DNA of 64,000 bases from a virus: IMG/VR virus record IMGVR_UViG_3300028840_003271, positions 32,001 to 96,000 of that record; one strand, written 5' to 3'. The notes beneath the pieces are model-generated. The model did not search any database and was not told where the DNA came from. It saw only the letters and a list, made by a program, of their open reading frames with translations. This document shows positions 38,648 through 46,522 of this stretch, piece by piece. A program made the position numbers and the translations under genes. How positions within the stretch are numbered: the stretch's first letter is position 1; each line of letters opens with the position of its first letter.

Positions 38648-39232
38648 TTACTCCTCGGGAAAACATTCTTTGTAAATCTTTTCAACGATTTCTTTGCTAA
38701 TTGTATGTGATTTTTCACCAACATTACCAGCGTAGTGTATCCATTCTCCATCTATATCAATTTTGACATAATTACCTTGAACCTTAATTGGTGTGAGTCT
38801 TTCATAGATTTGTTTTATTGTTTGTTTTGTAATTTGAACACAACCAATTTTTACCACGTCTGATGTGTCACTAATTTCAACGTCGTAATCACCAATTTTA
38901 ATTTTTTCCTTTTGGGGAAAGTTTTGAAGAAGGTTGACAGCTTCTTCAATTGAAATTTGTCGCACATTTCTTGCACTTTTCTGTGGGTTCCATCCAAGAT
39001 TTCGATAGTCAGTTTTATCGTGTACAATAATCAACCAAGGGTATTTGTTATAACTTATTTGGTCCAAATTAAATATATTCCACTTATTTTCTTTTGCAAT
39101 TGCGTAAATAATTTTAGCTATTTCTACACACAAAGGATCAACTTGTAATTCAAATTCATCTGACAGTGTTAGTTCTGTTACGCTTTTCATTTGTTTTACT
39201 CCTTTAGATAGGAACATTTTCCAGTTATCCAA
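38648..39232 (-). CDS. Hypothetical protein, paralog family with 13123 and 39370
   Basis: EIAK...IA...W...PWL...GWNP...QISIEEA...VKIGC..I....I..IY; probable start at MKSVTE. Confidence 0.6.
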   Translation of the reverse strand: MDNWKMFLSKGVKQMKSVTELTLSDEFELQVDPLCVEIAKIIYAIAKENKWNIFNLDQISYNKYPWLIIVHDKTDYRNLGWNPQKSARNVRQISIEEAVNLLQNFPQKEKIKIGDYDVEISDTSDVVKIGCVQITKQTIKQIYERLTPIKVQGNYVKIDIDGEWIHYAGNVGEKSHTISKEIVEKIYKECFPEE

Positions 39233-39369
39233 CCCTTGTTACAAAGTAGGAATTGTTAGGAAAATGACATTTCCAAATTTCCGCTTGTTTTTCTGCTTTT
39301 TGTTGGTCAAACCAAGTAGAGAGACTATATTGAAAATCTTCCCACTTGCTATTTCGACGCCATACTATT

Positions 39370-39768
39370 TTATACACTTCTTTTCTCCTGAAATTTCAGG
39401 TAAATTTTCTTAACTGTTTCGGCGTCAATTGTTTGACAACCCACTTTAATATACTTTTCGTGAAAAATAACTGGATAACCATCAATAAAGACTTGTTGAT
39501 CTTCCGTAATTATTGGTATAATTTCATCAATAGTAAATTGTCTCAAATTATCGTATGATTTGTTTGGATTAAATCCCACATGTCTGTCTTGATAAAAGAC
39601 TAACCAACATTCTTGAAAGCGACAATTGCGATAATTGTCAAATATACTTTCTGGTGTAAAATTGATTATCCAGCCGTGTTCTTGAGCAATCTTAACCAAA
39701 GTTTTTGCAACTTCAAGATTTAGCGTGTTAACTTCAACTTTTACTTCGTCAGGTAGAAATTCAGCCAT
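39370..39768 (-). CDS. Hypothetical protein, paralog family with 13123 and 38648
   Basis: EVAK.L..IA..HGW...WLVF...GFNP...IKVGCQ.I....V..IY. Confidence 0.6.
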   Translation of the reverse strand: MAEFLPDEVKVEVNTLNLEVAKTLVKIAQEHGWIINFTPESIFDNYRNCRFQECWLVFYQDRHVGFNPNKSYDNLRQFTIDEIIPIITEDQQVFIDGYPVIFHEKYIKVGCQTIDAETVKKIYLKFQEKRSV

Positions 39769-39950
39769 TTTTTCCCTTTCTAATCAACAGTAAAGTTACT
39801 TTTGTTAGTTGCAGTTACTAAATAACGCCCCATAGAATTTCATAAAACACTTTTACCATGTCTTCATAGGACATCATATTTGTATCATATCCCATATCTT
39901 CTAATTCATCTTTTAATTCTCCAGGTGATATGTAACTACAATTGTACATT

Positions 39951-40307
39951 TTATTGTTTCCTTTCTTTTTGAGAAAGATTGCTCGTAAGATAAAATCGAT
40001 TTGCTAATTCCAATTTATACATTTCCTTTTTTTCCCCTTCCCACATTTCCCAAATTTCTTGTATTGAAATGTTATATTTAGTTTGAATTTTTTTAATTAG
40101 TTTGTGCAGATCTTTATTTGCTGTTTCTAGTCCTTTATAAGCAGTTTGAATAGCGTGTAAGTGTTCGTGTGTATTTAGATTTTCAACGTTAGGATATTCT
40201 GGAGCAATTCTTATTGCCATTCTTGCGACGTGTGAGTGTAATTGATTTATTTTATCAATACAGGTTTTAAGACGTTTAACAATAGATTGTATTTTTCTTC
40301 TCCTCAA
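39951..40307 (-). CDS. Hypothetical helical protein
   Basis: ORF coupled to the upstream gene. Confidence 0.45.
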   Translation of the reverse strand: MRRRKIQSIVKRLKTCIDKINQLHSHVARMAIRIAPEYPNVENLNTHEHLHAIQTAYKGLETANKDLHKLIKKIQTKYNISIQEIWEMWEGEKKEMYKLELANRFYLTSNLSQKERKQ

Positions 40308-40933
40308 AAAAGAATTTTACCCTCTGGACTAAAATCCAAAGTTGACAATTCATTCAAACAAATAAAGCGGGTTCCTTTATACATTAGGATTTTATTGTTG
40401 TGATGATGACCAAATATCCACAAACCTGGTTGATGAAAATGAAAACATGCTGATAACAAACGGGTTGTATTTGAAAAATTTAGTTTTCCATAATGAGTAA
40501 CTACTTTTTTTGCTATTTGAAAAGGACAATCGTGTGATAAGACTATATTTGGTTTTATTTTACAGTATGCGTCATATGCAGCTTTTTGCTGCATAAAATT
40601 TAATTCTTCCTCTGGCCACCAACTTACTCCTTCAATTCTATATTTTTTGTCTACAGAATAAGCTCCACGAATAAAGAAAAAGTCAATTGGTGAGGAAAAA
40701 AAAGGAATAGTGTGTATTCCAAAATTTCCTAAAAAGTGCGGACGATTTATATCGTTATAATTATCATGATTACCAGGAATTATTTTATGTTTTCGACTGT
40801 CTACTTTATCCAACACAGAATAATCAAACCCAAAATCTCCCAATTGGATCGAATATTCTGCATCGGAAATTAGTTGGAGATATTGTTCATATTTTCCATG
40901 AATATCTCCAATAATTTGAAGATATTTAGTCAT
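40304..40933 (-). CDS. Calcineurin-like metallophosphoesterase
   Basis: GDIHG, LGDFG, GNHD, SHDCP and FGHHH. Confidence 0.9.
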   Translation of the reverse strand: MTKYLQIIGDIHGKYEQYLQLISDAEYSIQLGDFGFDYSVLDKVDSRKHKIIPGNHDNYNDINRPHFLGNFGIHTIPFFSSPIDFFFIRGAYSVDKKYRIEGVSWWPEEELNFMQQKAAYDAYCKIKPNIVLSHDCPFQIAKKVVTHYGKLNFSNTTRLLSACFHFHQPGLWIFGHHHNNKILMYKGTRFICLNELSTLDFSPEGKILF

Positions 40934-41030
40934 TTCTTTTCTTCTTCTAATTCGTGTTTTATTTGACTAGGTTGGAGGTTGTTTTCAATAAAAAGGCTTC
41001 ATATATTAGGAGAACTAACAGGATAAAACG

Positions 41031-41061
41031 AAAAAAGGGTGCCACATATTGTGACACCCTA
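41031..41061 (-). terminator. Intrinsic terminator
   Basis: AGGGTGTCACA-AT-ATGTGGCACCCT followed by a T-run, just after the 41065 gene. Confidence 0.7.
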
Positions 41062-41064
41062 CAT

Positions 41065-41301
41065 TCAGTATGAACCTTCAATATATTTTCCCGCATCAAT
41101 TAGTGCATATACACTGCTTGCGAGAAACATTGCTATTTCGTGTTTATGTCTTTTACTAAATATGTCGGTTGGGTCGTCTGCAATATTCCATTCAAACGGA
41201 TCTTTACAGTCTTCAATTTTACACGTTCCTGTTAAAACGTGCTTATCATAATCAAACTTGACTTTCACTCTATCAAAAGTCTGAGTAATATTGATTATCA
41301 T
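41065..41301 (-). CDS. Hypothetical protein
   Basis: ORF with Shine-Dalgarno, followed by a terminator. Confidence 0.55.
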   Translation of the reverse strand: MIINITQTFDRVKVKFDYDKHVLTGTCKIEDCKDPFEWNIADDPTDIFSKRHKHEIAMFLASSVYALIDAGKYIEGSY

Positions 41302-41795
41302 CGTTTCTTTTTTCCTTTTTCTGGTCGGACACCAAGTTACTTTGGGTAATCAAACATTTCTATTTGTATTTTTTATTCTTCCATTTCTTTTCTCCTGAAA
41401 TTTGAAATTTATTCGATTAGATTACAGTTTGTTTTCAATAAAAAGGTTTCACATATTAGGAGAACTAACAGGATAATAAGATATGACAAGGGGTATAGCA
41501 TACTATTTACTATCCATTTTTTTATTTGTGAGAATGAACGTAACACGATAATTACAAACAAGATGATAACTACTTAATAAGAGTAAAAGAAGAATACAAA
41601 CCATACATACTATATATTCAGAAGAGGGGGGGGTGTTTCTGAATTTTTAGATAATAATACCTTTATATTAAAAACAAAAAAACTATTAAAATAACTATGA
41701 CCTTCAAGTCAATAATCTTGATTTTTACTTCAATAAACCATGACTATGACTACACTTATGACTTTTGCAATAATTGACTTTTTTAAGTAGGAAAG

Positions 41796-41867
41796 TAGGA
41801 CTATATGGAATCGAACCATATCCTCGGCCTTATAAGAGTCGCGTGCTTACCATTACACCATAGTCCC
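41796..41867 (-). tRNA. tRNA-Ile(UAU)
   Basis: Acceptor GGGACTA/TAGTCCT, D-arm GTGT/GCAC, anticodon loop CTTATAA, T-arm TATGG-TTCGATT-CCATA; anticodon stem has an A-C mismatch and a U-G pair. Confidence 0.8.
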
Positions 41868-42031
41868 ATACTTTTTATTTGTAGATTTGTTAGATGTGTC
41901 TACCCGACTGAAAAAAAACCTTACTAGTCTTACTGAAAAAAAACTGAAAAAAAACTTTGGCCGATTTCAAAGAAAATGTATGATTTCATATGTCAAAGTG
42001 AAAAAAACACGATACTATTGAAATAGGAGAT

Positions 42032-42295
42032 ATGACTATGACTAAATGTTTATGTTGTGGTTTTCAAACAAATAATCCAAAGTTTTGTTCTTGTTCTTGT
42101 GCCAACTTATATAATTATAGAAAATATCCAAGACGATTAGGGCGGCGAAAAATTAATGAGATAAAAAAAGACATGTCCAAAAAACCAAATCATATTTGTA
42201 AGTTTTGTTCTGCTGAATTTTATAGCCCACATAAAAACGCCAAGTTTTGTTCTCGACTATGTTTTCAACGTCATATGAAAAAGCTTTTTGACTAA
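42032..42295 (+). CDS. Zinc-finger repeat protein resembling the N-terminus of HNH homing endonucleases (nuclease domain absent)
   Basis: C..CG...KFCS.SC and C..C...F......KFCSR.C; AGGAG Shine-Dalgarno; lies antisense between two tRNA genes. Confidence 0.55.
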   Translation: MTMTKCLCCGFQTNNPKFCSCSCANLYNYRKYPRRLGRRKINEIKKDMSKKPNHICKFCSAEFYSPHKNAKFCSRLCFQRHMKKLFD

Positions 42296-42302
42296 TTTTA
42301 AG

Positions 42303-42374
42303 TGGGACCATTGGGAATTGAACCCAAATTGCCGGATTAAAAGTCCGGTGTTCTACCATTTGAACTATAGTCCC
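42303..42374 (-). tRNA. tRNA-Lys(UUU)
   Basis: Acceptor GGGACTA/TGGTCCC, anticodon arm CCGGA-CTTTTAA-TCCGG, GGTTCAATTCC; CCA not encoded. Confidence 0.92.
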
Positions 42375-42387
42375 GATTTTCCATCAT

Positions 42388-42534
42388 TTTTGTTTGGGTG
42401 TTAAATTTTAAGTTTATCTCAGTCTCAATAAGGACCCTCTCAGTCTCAATAAGATCCGTATAAGGGGGTTTGAAGCGTCTTATTGAGACTACGATTTTCT
42501 TATTGAGACTACGATTTTGTTTGGGTGTTAAATT
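42388..42534. repeat. Array of two direct and two inverted 12-bp boxes bounded by a 20-bp direct repeat
   Basis: AGTCTCAATAAG at 42421 and 42442; CTTATTGAGACT at 42479 and 42499; TTTTGTTTGGGTGTTAAATT at 42388 and 42515. Confidence 0.9.
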
Positions 42535-42716
42535 ACTTCTTCTGTAGTGTGAGTTTGTTTTCTATTGACATAATAATATTTACCACCCAAGGGAATTCGA
42601 GTTAGAAAACGACCCCATTCATCTTTATAAATTTGACAATTATAAATGTCTGTTCCGTGTTTAATTTTAGCACATCCAACAGATTTAATTTTTATTTCTA
42701 CTTTTTGGGGTTTCAT
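42528..42716 (-). CDS. Hypothetical protein
   Basis: ORF with Shine-Dalgarno. Confidence 0.45.
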   Translation of the reverse strand: MKPQKVEIKIKSVGCAKIKHGTDIYNCQIYKDEWGRFLTRIPLGGKYYYVNRKQTHTTEEVI

Positions 42717-42753
42717 TTTTCTACCTTTTCAAAATTACAGAGAAAAAAAAAGA

Positions 42754-43257
42754 CTACATAACTTCAGACAAAGGTTCCTTGCTTATTGCAGTGATTTTTT
42801 GCCGGCATCTTCGACAATAATACCTTTTTCCCTCCAAAAATCTTTTCTTTTGAGTTGCTCCCAATGTGCAGCCGTTATGACATGCACATTTTCCACGATA
42901 TCTTTTGACTTCCAATTTTTGACAACTTACATTATGACATCTTTGTGGTAATTTTCCACATTTTCGCATATAATATTGCCATTCAGTTCCATGACTAGGT
43001 GGTTGCCATCTACTTTCCTTAAATTTTTCCATGACTACAATATGACATGCTTCATGCACAACCGTATTTTCCCTTTCCTTTTCGGACATATGTTCCATTA
43101 CATGCGGAGAAAGTTCAATATAATACTTTCCATCTTTTCTATTTGCCCGACCAGCAGTGGTTTTCAATGCACAATTGACTACCATATCACATTTGATATT
43201 CGGGTAGCCACATTTAACAAAGGTTTCATTCATTAAAACACGATATTTGCCGGCCAT
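42754..43257 (-). CDS. SprT-like zinc metalloprotease
   Basis: TTAG.A, HEACH, HG.EW...M and C.C...Y.C..C. Confidence 0.85.
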   Translation of the reverse strand: MAGKYRVLMNETFVKCGYPNIKCDMVVNCALKTTAGRANRKDGKYYIELSPHVMEHMSEKERENTVVHEACHIVVMEKFKESRWQPPSHGTEWQYYMRKCGKLPQRCHNVSCQKLEVKRYRGKCACHNGCTLGATQKKRFLEGKRYYCRRCRQKITAISKEPLSEVM

Positions 43258-43562
43258 TTTCTTTTCCTTTATTTTAAGGAGAAAAAAACAGACTACTTAA
43301 TTACAATCAATAATAGCACCACCAATCTTTTTCCGTTAGTTCTAGTGCTAAGATAACCGTGTTTTCCGCACTCATTTTTTCTCTCCTTAAATACTGACTA
43401 TGCCTGACTACCGAATTTTCCACCAAATTAGATTGGGTAATCATTTTCACATTTGGTGGCGAATTGTTTCTTTTTTTGTTTTCTCTTTTTTCCTTCTATA
43501 CTACATTTTACCTATTCAGCTTGCCCCACAAGGGGGGGTTGCATAGGCGAGGTGCCGCAACC

Positions 43563-43591
43563 ATTCTAGCATATCGGCAGACCGAATACAA
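43563..43591 (-). promoter_or_regulatory. Sigma70-type promoter P1
   Basis: TTGTAT-17 nt-TAGAAT with extended -10 TG; near-identical upstream context to P2. Confidence 0.7.
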
Positions 43592-43610
43592 CCCCTAGAA
43601 TGTTTTTCTA

Positions 43611-43626
43611 TGGCATAGCTTTTGCT
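43611..43626 (+). promoter_or_regulatory. Sigma54-like -24/-12 site
   Basis: TGGCATAGCTTTTGCT (GG-N10-GC). Confidence 0.55.
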
Positions 43627-43720
43627 GGAATACCCCCCGATTTGACTAGACAGACGGCTGACACTATATATAGATAATGCCATAGCATTTGTACATCACT
43701 AATGGGAGGGGGGAGCGAAT

Positions 43721-43896
43721 CCCACACCCCCCAAAGGTACCCCCCTAGGTGGAGAATGCTGTGCCCCACACCCCTCGAAGGCACCCCCCTGGTTGGATAG
43801 GGTTGTTCCCCACACCCCCTAGAAGTGCTTCTCCCCTAGGTGGGGGGTAGGGTATCCCTCGCGTGCGAAGCTGGAGTAGGGTATCCCTCGCGTATG
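43721..43896. repeat. GC-rich module copy A (three CCCACACCC units at 44-bp period)
   Basis: Units at 43721, 43765 and 43809; aligns with 44971..45146, including the identical GTTGGATAGGGTTGTTCCCCACA. Confidence 0.85.
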
Positions 43897-43901
43897 CCCA
43901 C

Positions 43902-43924
43902 AAAAAAAGCCCCCTTGCGGGGGC
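43902..43924 (-). terminator. Intrinsic terminator
   Basis: GCCCCC-GCAA-GGGGGC-TTTTTTT. Confidence 0.9.
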
Positions 43925-43935
43925 GAGCATGTTTC

Positions 43936-44076
43936 CTATCGCTTTGATAGGGTTTTCATGCGTTGTTGGTGGTGCCATCCTGCCTTGTGTCGGTCTAGAT
44001 TGCCTCCTCTGACGCGAAGGCCACATTGAGGGCATTTCTTGGGGCTTTGTTGGGAAGGGTCAGTTTTCGTTGTCAT
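43936..44076 (-). CDS. 46-aa C2H2-type zinc-finger microprotein
   Basis: MTTKTDPSQQSPKKCPQCGLRVRGGNLDRHKAGWHHQQRMKTLSKR; GGAG Shine-Dalgarno; ends just before the terminator. Confidence 0.65.
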   Translation of the reverse strand: MTTKTDPSQQSPKKCPQCGLRVRGGNLDRHKAGWHHQQRMKTLSKR

Positions 44077-44113
44077 AACACAGACTCCGTAAAAGGGGAA
44101 GGGAAGCTACAAG

Positions 44114-44329
44114 CTAGTTGATACAATTGGGCGTACGCAAGGGGTGCCCTTTGTCGAACGTGTAACGATAGGGGTCTGCAAGACCATTGTCGATTTGGTG
44201 TTCTTCAGTCTCATATGGTCCTTGGCGAGGACAATCGAGAACTGGGCGGATATGCCACCCTATCGGGGCAATGTGGCGGATTGCTACATAGCCCACTATC
44301 ATATCTTGCGTGCTACCATAAAGGGACAT
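44114..44329 (-). CDS. Hypothetical protein (GC island)
   Basis: ORF from MSLYGS. Confidence 0.45.
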   Translation of the reverse strand: MSLYGSTQDMIVGYVAIRHIAPIGWHIRPVLDCPRQGPYETEEHQIDNGLADPYRYTFDKGHPLRTPNCIN

Positions 44330-44414
44330 GTTTGATTCTTGGGTTATAGGGTGCAGAGAAGCTGACCTATTCTCCCCCCTCCGGAGAGGGGGGGTGGTAG
44401 GGTAGCTTGCCGTG

Positions 44415-44735
44415 TCACTCTTCAGTGTCTTCAACAAGAAGGGCAGTAAACGCGGTCTTTTTTCCGCTTCCCTTTGCTCGCCCCCTTGGAAGGGAAGGAA
44501 GGATAATCCCCCTTTCCTTCTTCAGGGCATTACGCAGTTCGACGCGAACCTTTTTCGCGTCATCAAGGGACAGTTGAAATTGTTCGGCGAGCTCTTCATT
44601 GGTGAGGGTCGCTTTGCCCTGGGCATCGGTCGCCTGCAATGCAACTACCATAGGGCGGGTACGACGTGCCTTGGCAATCAGTACTTCCCTCGTGTCGCCC
44701 GAAACCGCAACATAATCCTCGTAACTTGCCATCAT
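44415..44735 (-). CDS. Hypothetical DNA-binding-like protein (GC island)
   Basis: First gene after promoter P2; HTH-like TNEELAEQF...LRNALKKERGIILP.L.RG; GC-rich codons. Confidence 0.6.
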   Translation of the reverse strand: MMASYEDYVAVSGDTREVLIAKARRTRPMVVALQATDAQGKATLTNEELAEQFQLSLDDAKKVRVELRNALKKERGIILPSLPRGRAKGSGKKTAFTALLVEDTEE

Positions 44736-44788
44736 TCACCCTTTCGCAAAACAGAGAATAGAATCGGTTGAAACGCACAACACCTCTG

Positions 44789-44817
44789 ATTCTACACTGT
44801 CGACAATCGGAATACAA
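44789..44817 (-). promoter_or_regulatory. Sigma70-type promoter P2
   Basis: TTGTAT-17 nt-TAGAAT, same hexamers as P1. Confidence 0.7.
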
Positions 44818-44846
44818 CCCCTAAAATGTTTTTTTTTGATTCCGTT

Positions 44847-44862
44847 TGGCACAAAATATGCT
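44847..44862 (+). promoter_or_regulatory. Sigma54-like -24/-12 site
   Basis: TGGCACAAAATATGCT (GG-N10-GC). Confidence 0.55.
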
Positions 44863-44889
44863 ATTGGTGACGGACCATCAAGATAGATC

Positions 44890-44918
44890 GACTGACTGAC
44901 TGACTGACTGACAGACTA
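44890..44918. repeat. GACT tetranucleotide microsatellite
   Basis: gactgactgactgactgactgacagact; a degenerate counterpart gactagacagacggctgac lies near 43644. Confidence 0.8.
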
Positions 44919-44970
44919 ACTACTTCGCGTGGGGGGTAACCAGGTCTCCCCCCTGTCGGCAGATACCGTA

Positions 44971-45146
44971 TTCCACACTCCCCAAAGGAGTATCCCCCTT
45001 GTGGAGAGTGTTGTTCCCCACACCCCCCGAAGGTATCCCCCTAGTTGGATAGGGTTGTTCCCCACATCCCCCAGTGGTGTTTATCCCCCGAGTGGGGGGT
45101 GGAGTTCTCCTCGCGTGCGAGATCCAGCAGGGTATCCCTCGTGTGC
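44971..45146. repeat. GC-rich module copy B
   Basis: Units at about 44972, 45017 and 45061; homologous to copy A. Confidence 0.85.
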
Positions 45147-45397
45147 TAGGCTAGGCCAAGGGGCAGGAAAAAGTCCCGATCGGCAAGATATTGTTCCATG
45201 CCATGGTACCATGCTGCCCATGCAATAGGATCGTGGGTGAGGGAGAAGGGGTTGTCGGTTGGATGGTCATATCCCCGATTGTACCCCCTCGCATAATGGG
45301 GGTCATACATGAATCTATGCCAATCCCTCTGATTAGGGGGTATGTCGGCAAAATGCCGATCGAGTATTGCAATGTGGCGAAGGGGTTCGGTTAGCAT
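45146..45397 (-). CDS. Hypothetical protein (GC island)
   Basis: GGAG Shine-Dalgarno; Y.RGY..GY.....NPF.......AW..G pattern. Confidence 0.55.
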   Translation of the reverse strand: MLTEPLRHIAILDRHFADIPPNQRDWHRFMYDPHYARGYNRGYDHPTDNPFSLTHDPIAWAAWYHGMEQYLADRDFFLPLGLA

Positions 45398-45409
45398 GGA
45401 TGATTCTCC

Positions 45410-45715
45410 CTATTCTGAGGGGGCAAGATAGAATCTTATCAAAGCTTGTCTTTCATCTTCCGAAATGGAGGGAAAGACTCCCTTCATATAAGAAGCTTTC
45501 TGTACTCGCGTAAAATGCGGAAGGGGGGTTCCCTTATCGCTCAGTCCGAAAATACGATATAGTAATCGGGGGAGATCACCTTTGAGATGCACACCTTCCC
45601 CCTCATCGAAGGGGGTTTCGCCTTGTGCCCTTCTGCCGAGAGTGTAGAACTGGGCAAGTTCTTCCACCCTTTCGGGAGTAGCTCGCCGAGGGGCATATGG
45701 TATCGGAAGGAACAT
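45410..45715 (-). CDS. Hypothetical protein (GC island)
   Basis: AGGAGG Shine-Dalgarno; stop/start coupling. Confidence 0.55.
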   Translation of the reverse strand: MFLPIPYAPRRATPERVEELAQFYTLGRRAQGETPFDEGEGVHLKGDLPRLLYRIFGLSDKGTPLPHFTRVQKASYMKGVFPSISEDERQALIRFYLAPSE

Positions 45716-46062
45716 CAGGAATCCTCCTTTTGGGGGGTAACTAGATAGGCGAGCATTTTCGCAAACTCATCCGACTTTTGGGGGGTATTGTTCCCTCTCC
45801 TTTTTCTCCCCTGTTTTGAGGTATACTTATACCTCCCCTTGCAATTGTTGGGGTGTTTGCCTACTGCCGTTTTCGGATAGCGGCGAGCTAGGATACCTTC
45901 CGATTCTGCCTGACTTGATATGGCCTTGTCCCTTGTCTTTCTCGCCTCCACTAGTTCCATTGCCTTTTGTGGAGTTAGTTTCTGTATCTCGGCAGAGGAA
46001 AGGTACCGTTTCATAAGAGGCAGCATCATCTCCACCAAAATGGGGGGTGTGTTCTCAGTCAT
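45715..46062 (-). CDS. Hypothetical basic protein (GC island)
   Basis: Probable start at MTENTPP with AAGG Shine-Dalgarno. Confidence 0.5.
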   Translation of the reverse strand: MTENTPPILVEMMLPLMKRYLSSAEIQKLTPQKAMELVEARKTRDKAISSQAESEGILARRYPKTAVGKHPNNCKGRYKYTSKQGRKRRGNNTPQKSDEFAKMLAYLVTPQKEDS

Positions 46063-46522
46063 CGTATTACTACCTTTTGGGGTGGAAGGGATTGTACTAG
46101 GCCGGTGGTCGAATCGACCACTATAGCTCGTAATCGCTTGCTGTTTGCCTCCCTTACGTAGGCTAGCAGATAGCCCATGCGGGAGGTTCTCAGTCGGTTG
46201 TTTACTGGCGTGCGTCGAATCTCGACTTGCATTGTTCATCCTCCTGCTAGGGGGAACTAGTCCCCCGCTTGCCGAAGTAGTTCCTTTGGGGACAACCCCC
46301 CCGATTGTAGGGCAATCCACTCCGCCCTACTCTGCAATCCCCCCTGCTGGTTGTCGATTCTCCGCCCGATGGTGGGAGAGCTATCGGTATGCAAAGGGGA
46401 TATCGGGGTATTCTGTACAATCCCGAAAAAGGTTCCTTTCGTGCGGGGAGGTTCCTTGCCTCCGATAGGGAAGCACAGTTTCCCTTTGCGGAATTGCCCC
46501 TTGCGTTGACGGGGTTGAATCG

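Larger units (their letters stand above)
40979..41476. repeat. 48-bp direct repeat pair at 40979..41026 and 41429..41476
   Basis: TTGTTTTCAATAAAAAGG(C/T)TTCA(T/C)ATATTAGGAGAACTAACAGGATAA, 2 mismatches. Confidence 0.9.

Noticed and set aside
5656-42359. Short plus-strand and alternate-frame ORFs overlapping minus-strand genes, and ORF 42153-42359
   Set aside because: These are shadow ORFs of real genes; 42153-42359 overlaps tRNA-Lys.
43721-45146. 44-bp periodic boxes as a mini-CRISPR
   Set aside because: The period is too short, the repeats are degenerate, and the intervening sequences are homologous between the two modules rather than unique.
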